Positions 37,299 to 47,610 of a stretch of 64,000 nucleotides of DNA are shown here, in pieces. The translations under genes were made by a program, and so were the position numbers. Within the stretch, counting starts at the first letter, position 1, and every line of letters starts with the position of its first letter. The notes below the pieces were generated by a model. The model saw only the letters and a program-made list of their open reading frames with translations, made no database searches and was not told the origin of the DNA. Origin of the DNA: Rhizophagus irregularis (Eukaryota); the NCBI RefSeq assembly GCF_026210795.1, contig NC_089435.1, positions 2,976,001 to 3,040,000 of the forward strand. Direction: 5' to 3'.

Positions 37299-37874
37299 TT
37301 AATGACGTCGGTGACGATGAGATCGAGAATGAGAGCGCCCGCACTCTCGGTGGTGATAGGGGGATCAGGAGCGAGAGCGCCTAGAGCGCCTGCGCTCTCT
37401 ATACTCGTATGTCCTACGATCCACCCTATTTCTCTGGGAGGACCAGACTAATGCTTAAAACAAAGCAATTATTAATATAAATGCAATGAATTAATGAAAA
37501 AATCAGTTAAATAATAAATACTTACGCTCAACTCTCCAGAACTCGTCTGAGAGTTCTTGGTGGAACCTCTCGTCGTGTAAAGATGGGGTACGAGTAGGGT
37601 AATCATCAGGATTTCTATTGATTAGCCTCTCTAGATTCTCGTACCCCACCTTTAGTGCATTCCACTTCTCTCTGCATTGTTTTCTAGTTGGCCTGAATGT
37701 GTGGTTGTTTCGTATATCACGAGCAATTCCACTCCATAATTGTTTTTGGTCATGTAACCTCGTTGTGGTGAATAAGGGCTGATAGGCCCGATGACGCTGA
37801 ATTAAGGTCAAAGCAGCGTCATCGGGCCATTGAATGTATACTGGAAGATTTGCGTTTAAGTTTAATGCTGCCAT
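37299..37874 (-). CDS. Myb/SANT-like (trihelix) protein with Arg/Ser/His-rich tail; probable premature TGA at 37365-37367
   Basis: IQWPDDAALTLI..LWSGIARDI..TRKQCREKWNALKVGY..EFWRVE. Intron 37525-37454; exon 2 reads ..RRSRRSRS*SPYHHRECGRSHSRSHRHRRH. Confidence 0.8.
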
Positions 37875-37942
37875 TATTAAATATTATTAGTTTGATGGGG
37901 AAAATGTCAAGAAAAGGCTCTATATTTATAATAAATTTATTA

Positions 37943-38245
37943 TGATTTCTTTGAGTTTATTTTTACGATCTTGTCTAAATTTTTTAGTTCTAATGCAATC
38001 CTTAATTAATTTATTTAACATTGAATACACACATAATTTTTTTTTGATTTCTTTGAGTTTATTTTTACGATCTTGTCTAGTTCTAATGCAATCATCTTTA
38101 ATTAATTTATTTAACATTGAATACACACATATTTTTTTTTGATTTCTTTGAGTTTATTTTTATGATCTTGTCTAAATTTTTTAGTTCTAATGCAATCATC
38201 TTTAATTAATTTATTTAACATTGAATACACACATAATTTTTTGAT
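37943..38245. repeat. Three ~100-bp tandem repeats upstream of the Myb/SANT gene
   Basis: TGATTTCTTTGAGTTTATTTTTA(C/T)GATCTTGTCTA...AACATTGAATACACACAT occurs three times. Confidence 0.9.
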
Positions 38246-39544
38246 TTATTAATTTATTTTAAAAATATAGTTACAGTAATACTGCATCACGGCGTTAATT
38301 AATATATATAAATAAAAATAAATAAACAAATTCTATTAATAAAAAGTGAGTTAAAAATGTTATTTATAATTATACATTAAAAAAAGCAATAAAGAAGACG
38401 AAAGTAATCTGCAAATTATATTTAAGGTAAAAGAAAATGTAATATTTTAAACCACGCATGTCCTTCCTTGATTATATTTCATATTACACTGCGATGATAT
38501 ATTACAATTATACTGAATTTTAAGCTAACCTTAATCTACACCGTAAGGAACTTAATTCGATCTTAATTTACTCCGTTTTAGAATATTACCGAACAATTAG
38601 ACAAATGATTAGTTGCACATGACTTGCATTATTTGTATAGTTGATACTTTATATACCGATATTTGATTACACCAATATGTATTAAAACTCTTTCCTACAG
38701 TATAAAATATCAATATATCGGTATTTTTCAAATATCGTTGTAAGTTGACTACTGTAGATCCCATCTATCTATTTAAAAAATTCTTTTATGTAATCAATCC
38801 AGGGGCTTACACTAAATAAGGCTTAGATATGGCTTAGTTAGATAGGATCATCACATGGTTCAGTTTAAAAATAATCGATCTTTTTTATTGATTGGTTTTT
38901 TTCCGATCATATTTTATATTTTATCGTCAAGAGTATAATTATTTAAAAATTTAATTTTTCTTGCATGTCATCGTATCACACATAAAAATGGAAATTCAAA
39001 ACGTAATATTCCATTAATTTCTTCTCACTTCTTTTTCTTCTACCGATCATTTTTCTTCTCACCCCTTTCCATTATTTTTCTTCTCATTCCACGTATAGCC
39101 TGAAAATATAATAAAATTTGGAACCGTAAAATCGATTTGAGGTAATCTTCCATATAAAAAAAAATGTCACTGAATGAAATTCGATATTGTAATAATTTAT
39201 TTATATAAACTAAATTTAATTTCCGATCCTCTAGAAATCATAGTTTTTTTCCATCTTTCAACATTTTCAACTGATCCCGCATTCCCCTCAATTTATACGG
39301 TACACAACGATATTGAGATCCTGCATACTTTCCAATTACGTTCTATAATTAAAATTACAGTAACCAAGATTTCATTTATATCGTGACAACCTCGTTTTAT
39401 ATCCCATATTTGATCAAGGGTTATATCGACAATCTCGCTCTTTTGATCAAGGAGATCTCATTTATATCATGACAATCTTGCGAGAAGTTTACTTCACTTT
39501 TTTTCTCGTTTTCTCATTTTCTCTTATTCTCTCATTACGATATT

Positions 39545-40879
39545 ATGACTAAACGTAATAATAAAGAAATAGAAATCGAAACAGGTATATATATAACTCT
39601 TCCGTAAAAGTTTTGCTTATATGTAAGAATAATAACCAAAATATGTATAATAGGATCAAAAAAAAATCAAAGGACCTTACCGAGAAAGAGGAGAGAAATA
39701 AATATTGAAGAAACTAATCAATTATTATTAGGTAAATATTAATTTATATAGGCTTTAGCTCTTTAATATTATTCTATTAATTTTTAATTGAAATAATTGA
39801 AATAATATATTACATACAGATATGAATACCAGGCAAAAACATAACGAAAGTGAAAAGGAAGTAATAGTAGAAGAGGATGTAAGGGATAAAAGTGAAGAAG
39901 AAGAGGAGGAAGAAGAAGAAGAAGATGATGATGATAATGACAAGTTAGGCGCGGCTAAAACAATTCCGGATCCGTTTCAGTTTTGTACCAAATTAGACAT
40001 ATGTAACTGGCTTGTAAAAAATCCAGAAATCTTACGATTAGCGAATGAGATGAACGAATCATCTTATGTTGTTAGTTAGAAGAATACTGAAGTTAGTATT
40101 AATACAATATGATAATATTTATTATGTCTAAATCTCAAATAACGTATCTCAATATTTTAGGATAAAATATGACTATGGGATGAGTCGGTAAAGTGCTTAT
40201 TTTTACGAGTGAGGAATCCGAGTAGTGAAGCACTCGACAATTTGGTTGTGAAAATTTTTCAGTTTAAAATTTACACTAGCGAAGCTAGAGGATATCTAGA
40301 TAAAACTCGTAAGTCTTTAACAGACTTCAGGAATAAATTCAACCAAAATATTCTAAATTTAGTGAGGGAATAAAAAGAAATCAGAAAGAGCAGGTATTTG
40401 TTTATTTTATTGTTTTATAGTCAACAAAATAGTGCCATTTGTATAATTATTAATTAATTAATTATAGGGGTACGACTGGAAATCTTTCCCAAAAAGAAAT
40501 TAAAGATTACGTTGACGAAAATGTGGTGCAGAAACTTCTAAACCGTCAACTCGCAGCTGTCAATATTTTGGAATTGACAAATAATGGAGGCATGGATACG
40601 TTAGTTGAGTTTGTTAAGGAAGCCGTCCGCGTTTCTTGGGACGGTAAAAACTTACCTGGTATAAAGGAGTTGGATACCATGACTAAAAATATAATTATCC
40701 CTTCCCGAAGTGGAAGTGATATAGTAAATACCCTAAAACAAGTAAGTTATTTTATTTATTTCGCACATCATGCCTTTGATAATAATATATTAATAAAATT
40801 AAATTATAGATTTAGGTGCGTTCTTATAAAATTATATGACGAAGAAGAATCATTAATAAATGATTTTATAAAATTTTAA
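39545..40879 (+). pseudogene. Multi-exon accessory gene of the CMC element, unknown function, acidic tract, at least two internal stops
   Basis: ATG 39545; several GT-AG introns; segments EEEEEDDDDND..KLDICNWLVKNPEIL, KI*LWDESVKCLFLRVRNPS, FRNKFNQ, LVEFVKEAVRVSW. 3' end uncertain. Confidence 0.6.
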
Positions 40880-41366
40880 TAAAAAAATAAAATTGAGTTT
40901 TATTGAGTATTTCTTTTTAGTTTATTTAATTATATTCTTTTAATGGTATAGACTTTAATAATAATTAGCTTCAATCGAAAAATCACAAAAAGTTTTAAAA
41001 GTTTTGAATATCTGTTGAGATTCAATCATATTTGAATTTCTTTAACTTGTTGTGTTATTACCATTAAATAATCAATTATCTATATAAACTGTGTAAAGTT
41101 AATTTGGCTCTATTTTGATAATATCCACCTATAAAGAACTCATCTGTGCATTACCTAAACAATTATTGGTTGATCAAGTTCATATAATACCAAATTTATA
41201 AAATTGTCTGATTAAATGATCGCGTAATTAAATGATCGCGTATATTAAATGATCACGTATAAGACCTATTAATTCCTAAAAAGTCAATTCAACCACCATT
41301 TTATTTAACCGCTATTTATTTGTACGTTTTTTTTTTTTTGAAAAAAAAAAACTTTCTTTCTGAAAA

Positions 41367-42380
41367 GTAGAGTCTTCCTCCTATACCGTTTGCCGTCGTG
41401 CATAGTGTATTATAGGAAAAGGCGGACTTGTTTGATTGATTATATGGGCATAAGCTTATGTTATATAGGCGTAAAACTTATATAATCAGTTTGATAACGC
41501 AACGAAAATCCTTTAATCAAGGGTTAAAATAGGCATGATGGGATATTCTCATATATCATGAGCTCTGTCTGTTCGAAGTGTCGTTTTATATATAATTAAG
41601 TAGGCTTAAGTCATAAGTAACTTTTTTATAACATTGATTATTGGAGAATTAAGTGGCAAAAATAATTTTTAGTTTGTAAGACTTTAACTCCATACCAACT
41701 TGTGTGTGTTTGGGCGTTAATTTATTCCCTAACCCTTAGATCCACTCGTGGGTTGGTAGGTTGCTTTGCACTTCTTGCAGCCTATCTTCTAATGGGTTTT
41801 AGGTCCACGTTTGCCCATTTAAAATTTATTAAACAGGATGTCATTCGTCCAAACACATTGCAACGTTTGTTGATGAAGCTATGGTTGTCTAATAAAAGTT
41901 CGCTTTGCCTGGCAATTTATAGTGGATTCAATGGATCAAATTACAAACAACAATAATTTAGTCATATGAGAATTCCAGGCCAATGAATAAGGGTGCATTG
42001 TCAAAGTTGAGAATATATTTGTATTTTTTTTTTTAAAGCCGTCATTCTCATGAACTTTTTCATTGTATCCCTAAGTTCAATGATTTTGGTAATGATGAAA
42101 CTGCAGTTGTTTATAGGGGTTTCCCGCCAAACTTCTGAGGTGAATTTATGTCTGGTGTTTTCGAATATACTTATCCTTTTTGCAATAGAGTCGTAGCGAG
42201 TCTTCTTAAAGCGTACCTGTGACACCCCATCCAACTTGGGCAGTGTCGCTGAATTTAAAGCAAGGTACCCGGTTAATCCTCAACTTTGGGTTGATGAGTT
42301 ATGATTCTGGAGTATTAAGGCATAATGTTTTGACTTACATCACCAATTTAACTCATAATTCTAATTTATTGAATTAGTTT
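41367..42380 (+). ncRNA. Candidate ~1 kb structured non-coding RNA with a telomerase-RNA-like template/pseudoknot core
   Basis: GC-elevated, hairpin-dense, no credible ORF. Helix 41705-16/41846-57 encloses CCCTAACCCT (41727-36) and an H-type pseudoknot (41791-41839). Ends estimated from base composition only. Confidence 0.55.
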
Positions 42381-43970
42381 ATTATAGATTTATTGATATT
42401 TTTTTTATCTGTTATATAATATTTAAACTAATGTATACTTTATCTGTAATTAAAATTGTTATTGTAATAAATAACCGGTAACTTAAATCTATTGAAATTA
42501 ACTTTTAAATTAGATTACAAATTATTAAAATATTATAAAATTGAATTTAACGATATTTGATTGATTTGATATTTTTATAGATAATATCATTTTGATATTA
42601 TTTTGATACTGAATTAATATTAAAATAATATTATATTGATATTGCATTTATTAAAAAAAATCATTATTGTTATAACAATATCAAAATGATATCGTTTCGT
42701 TATTTGTCAATATCGATTAGATAATTATAAAGTGATATCTTTACGATATCATATTGATATTGAATTAATGTTAGAACGATATCATATTAATATCGTATTT
42801 ACTTTCTATTTTTCATTGTTGTTATAACAATATCGAAATGATATCGATTTGATGTTTCGTCAATATCGTTATGATGTCGATTAGATAATTATAAAGTGAT
42901 ATCTTTACGATATCATATTGATATTGAATTAATGTTGGAACGATATCATATTAATATCGTATTTACTTTCTATTTTTCATTATTGTTATAACAATATCGA
43001 AATATTGATATGATATCGATTTGATGTTTCGTCAATATCGTTATGATGTCGATTAGATAATTATAAAGTGATATCTTTACGATATCATATTGATATTGAA
43101 TTAATGTTGGAACGATATCATATTAATATCGTATTTACTTCCCATTTTTCAAAAAATTCATTGTTGTTATAACAATATCGAAATGATATCGATCTGATAT
43201 TTTTTCAAACAAATATCTTTACGATATCATTTCGATATATTGAATTAATATTGAAATGATATCATTGCGATATCATAATGATATCATTTGCAAATCGATA
43301 TCGCCACGATATTTATTTAACATCATTATTATATCAATTCGGTATTGTTTAAAAATTCAAGGTTTCTGTAAAGTTTGTACTTTTGAAAAAAAAGGGAAAA
43401 AAGGGGAAAAGATTTTTTTTACAGCTATCACGTAAACAATAAACAAATAAACAAAAAGGTAATCACGTGATATTAGTGACGATCATTTGAATTTTGATGT
43501 AAAGCGAAAAAATCAACTGCACGTGATACAGTAATTCTATAAAATTAATTTTTTTATTGTTCAACCATTAATTATTGAATATAATAGAGAAAAAAGTTGT
43601 GAGATATTTTGCTGTAACTGTCAGTTATATACACTACATTCTCGTTAAATATGGTGGATGATCAAAAAAATTCTGGATATTTTATGGACGAATTCTGGAC
43701 GATCAAAAATATCAAATTCCAGATGATCAAAATTCCTTGGACATTTTCCAGACATATTCTGTACATTCAAAAAATTCCGGACATTTTTTTTGGGCAAATT
43801 CCAGATGATCAAAAATTCTAGACATTTTTCTAGACAAATTCCGAACAATCAAACATTCAGAAAATTGGTTTTTGTCCTAAATCCTGCAATATCTGGACAA
43901 TTTCCAAACATTTTCTGGATGCACCCAGACATTTTTAGATACAATTTCCAGACATTTCTTTTTTATAGGG

Positions 43971-44110
43971 ACGTGGTTATTATTATTTTCTAAAACACCT
44001 CTCATTCTTTTACTACGCTTTCATTTATGTTCTCTGCTTAGCCATGCATCAGTCACATCACGCTGATCTGGTGTTTCTGAGCATAGCGGGCTTTCTCATT
44101 TATCATGTTA
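43971..44110 (-). pseudogene. Upstream continuation of the split Helitron ORF
   Basis: Reads ..ETPDQRD..WLSREHK*KRSKRM..NNHV (STPR-like ETPEQR repeat) and joins across the TSD to NRQNENQ at 26126. Confidence 0.55.
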
Positions 44111-44396
44111 ATTTGCCGATCATTTTCTGATTTTATCATATGATATAAAATGCCGTTACAAGACATTGCATAAAATTCTACATATTAATATGACCTCAAA
44201 TATTGCAAATAAATTTATTGCACTTTAAATTTTAATCATACAAAGTTTTATTCAAATTGAATTATTATTGACCGATTTTTACAAGTAGTAACTTTTAATT
44301 TAATGCATTTTACGTAATTTTTTAATATAAATGACTGGCAGATTTAAAAACTCACATAATAATCGTACTTTAAATCTTGCAAACTAATAAATATTA

Positions 44397-45764
44397 TGGT
44401 GATTTTAATGCTCACCAGTGGTGAAATTCATCCAAGGTAAAGTTCACCTATATTACATAATTTATTAAAATTTAAATTGTTTTGTTTTGAAAAAAATAAT
44501 AATTTTATTAATAAAAATATTTATATAAAATATATAGTTTAAATATAATAATATATTATACAATAATTCATAAGTTAGTATTATTATAAAAAATGAATAA
44601 ATCCTACAATATTAAGTAGATTTTATATTGCTAAACAACTTTCAATTAATAAAGGAAGTAAATTTCATTTGACTGAAGTGGTGAAATTACATTCTAAATT
44701 AGTAAATGGAAAAAAGAAAAATTTGAAAGTTAGTATCGTTATGAAAAATGTAGATTTCTCCATATGTATTATACCTACACCCATGATAATTAATATACAA
44801 GTAGTTTCGACCTTGCTGAACAATTTTCAATTAAGTTAGAAAGTTGATTTCATTTGACTAAAGTGGTGAAATTACGCGCTGAAGTTAATAAACAGAAAAA
44901 AAAAAATTTGAAAGTTAGTACCTTTATGAAAAATGTAGATTTCTCCATATGTATTATATCTACACCCATGAAAATTAATATACAAGTAGTTTCGACCTTG
45001 CTGAACAATTATCAATTAATTTGGAAAGTCGATTTCATTTGACTAAAGTGGTGAAATTACGCGCTGAAGTTAATAAACAGAAAAAAGAAAAATTCGAAAG
45101 TTAGTACCATTATGAAAAATGTTGGTTTCTCCATATATATTATACCTACACCCATGAAAATTAATATACAAGTAGTTTCGACCTTGCTGAACAATTTTCA
45201 ATTAATTTAGAAAGTCGATTTCATTTGACTAAAGTAGTAGTAAAATTACGCTCTGAATTAATAAATGAAAAAACAATTTTGAAAGTTAGTACCATTATGA
45301 AAAATATGGGTTTTTTTATATGTATTATACCTACACTTATAAAAAATAATATACAAGTAGTTTTGGCTCTGTTGAACAACTTTTAATTAATAAAAGAAAT
45401 TGAATTCATTTGACTAAAGTAGTGAAATTACACTCTAAAGTTATTAAATAAAAAATATAAAACTTTAGGAGTTAAACAGTTAGTGGTGTTATAAAAACAC
45501 AAATTTCTCTATAAATTTCATTTCTAATTTATGAAATTGAGTTGTAAGGGTTTAATAGTATGTTTGGAAAAAAAGTTACAGTTTAAAAAAATTCATAAAA
45601 AAATTTTTATTTACGTGTATGAAATTGTAAAACGTAATACAAACAAAATTAATATAAAACTTATAAAACTAAAATTATCATATTACTGGTGAATTTCACC
45701 AGAGGTAAATTCACCACTGGTGAATTAATTTTAAATTAACCACTGGTGAATATAAAATTAATCC
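44397..45764. mobile_element. Non-autonomous Mutator (MULE)-like element with an internal ~187-bp tandem array
   Basis: 9-bp TSD TAAATATTA (44388-96, 45765-73); degenerate TIRs with TCACCAGTGGT / ACCACTGGTGA; about 4.5 tandem units at ~44620-45460. Confidence 0.75.
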
Positions 45765-46780
45765 TAAATATTAATAAAATATATTTGCAAAAAAAATTTT
45801 ATTAGAATCTGAAATAAATTCAAGAATTTTAATATGTACCTTCCATATAAATTAAAAATCCATTATAATTCCTGTTGCAAAATCATAAATAACTCAACAT
45901 ATATGCATGCTAGAAAAATGAATTTATATTTATTTGAAAGGAGAGAATGAGATCTATCCAAAAAGTTAAAAATCGCATTTATTGAATCATTGGTTCCTTA
46001 ATAAATACACTCAACACATTTACTATCAATTTGACATAAACTCTTGCATTTGAACGTAAATATCTCCTTATCTAATGATTCAATTTGCATGATTTTTGAT
46101 TCCAAAATTAGAGTCCATTTACACCTTTCAAAGGAATATAATATTATTCATTTAGCATATGTGCATGTTGATAAATTAACGATAATGTCATTACAATCAA
46201 AACCTGACACAAAATTTAAATTATAGTTCTTACCAATAATTGTAGCCATAAAACTCCTTTCACTTTATTTAAAGGATGTTGTTTAAGCTTTTAATAGAAT
46301 ATACTGATGAAATTCATAAGTCAACTCCTAAAAAAGAGAAAGAAATAATTAGTTTATTAATAAAGGAAAAAAAATTCTAAAAATCCTATCTGATCCTTTA
46401 AATGGTAAGGAGTTCTATCAATAAAGAATTTTTTTGACACTAAACTTATTTAAAACTTTATAACTTACACTTAAGAAGAACCTGGAGTGTCAAAACATAT
46501 TTTTATTTGATTCCAACTATTTTTTGTCAAAAATTCTTTGTAAAGCCAAATAATATAAATGTACTATACTTATTTTCATTTTATAAGAAGGTTTCAAGTG
46601 TTTATAACTTCTGGATTCCACCTCTAATAGCCAGATTCCTTTGTAATACGTTTAAACAAGACCTGAAGAATCAATTTTTTTATCGTCCTTCGCTATTAAA
46701 TTTTTTGTTGCACAATTAAAATAAATTAGTACAGCTATCACATGTGCAATACATATGATACCCAGCCAATAAAATACATA

Positions 46781-47610
46781 TCTATATACAAACAATTATG
46801 TCAGTGTTACGTTATTTAAAAATTACTAGAAAATGTTATTTATTATGGCGCCATAACAGATAATTTATTAATAAAAAACTAAAAATAATACATATGCTGA
46901 TCATCATGTGATTATTCAAAAATCGAAAAGCCTGCTATGTTGTGTTTCTGGTGACCTTTTCATTTGTTTATTTTCTCAATCTTTTGAATGGCATATTTCA
47001 TGATGTTTAACAGTTTCATTTTCTCTGGATTTACATTTACGAAGTGTTGATAGGTTTGTCATCTGTTCATTTGCTTTTGCTATTTATCGAATTGTTTAAT
47101 TATTTTTTATGGTTTATTTATTAATTTTTTTTTTTGAATGTACAATTTATAGACTGACACTTCAAAAGCAACGGTTATTAGCAAAAGAGATATTTATTTT
47201 CAAATTTTATTATACCAGTTTTTCTACATAAAAATTATAAAAACATTAGTTTAAAAAATTTATTATATATAGTACTATTATACTATATATTAAACTATTT
47301 AAACTATTTTATAATTAATAAATTATTTACGCGTTTATCTGTAACACTGATCCTAAAATTTCATTGGTTATATACGCGGCGTGACAGACAGACATTGCAT
47401 GATATCGAGTTCAAACAGTATAGTCCTATGCTACGCTTTGGACAATTATTCTAATTTATTTTATTTGATATAGTAAAATTTTTATTTTCACTCAAATTAT
47501 AATCCAAATTATAAATCTAAATCAATATTATGTAATAACCAATTTTCCTAAGAAATTTCATCATGATTTAAATTCATTAATCCTGTTGCAACGCAACAGG
47601 TTACAGTTAG
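46781..47610 (+). mobile_element. Non-autonomous Helitron (~830 bp)
   Basis: A|TCTATATA 5' end; 3' hairpin CCTGTTGC-AAC-GCAACAGG followed by TTAG|T (CTAG variant); no TSD. Confidence 0.65.

Larger units (their letters stand above)
27089..43373 (-). mobile_element. ~16 kb CMC/EnSpm-type transposon with transposase, accessory genes and a structured ncRNA-like region
   Basis: Degenerate TIRs CTTTGCTGAAACTTGGA / TCAAGGTTTCTGTAAAG flanked by TT. GATATC-rich subterminal arrays at ~27110-27500 (continuing 31165-31420) and ~42550-43340. Confidence 0.7.
26127..43970. mobile_element. Outer non-autonomous CCCTATAAAAAA-family element (~1.5 kb net), expanded to 17.8 kb by nesting
   Basis: TIRs CCCTATAAAAAAAAAATGTCCAG / CCAGACATTTCTTTTTTATAGGG; TSD ATG/ACG (one transition); TCC(A/G)GA subterminal repeats at both ends; flanks rejoin into the Helitron frame. 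Confidence 0.8.

Noticed and set aside
39545..40879. Fanzor/TnpB nuclease as partner of the adjacent ncRNA
   Set aside because: No RuvC D-E-D motifs or Zn finger are visible, and the predicted protein is too short.
42213..42268. Definitive CR4/5 domain of telomerase RNA
   Set aside because: P5- and P6-like stems form, but the 13 nt left for P6.1 do not give the conserved short stem-loop; kept only as tentative.
45960..46720. Possible decayed minus-strand spliced gene
   Set aside because: Splice-like signals exist but I could not assemble a coherent reading frame.
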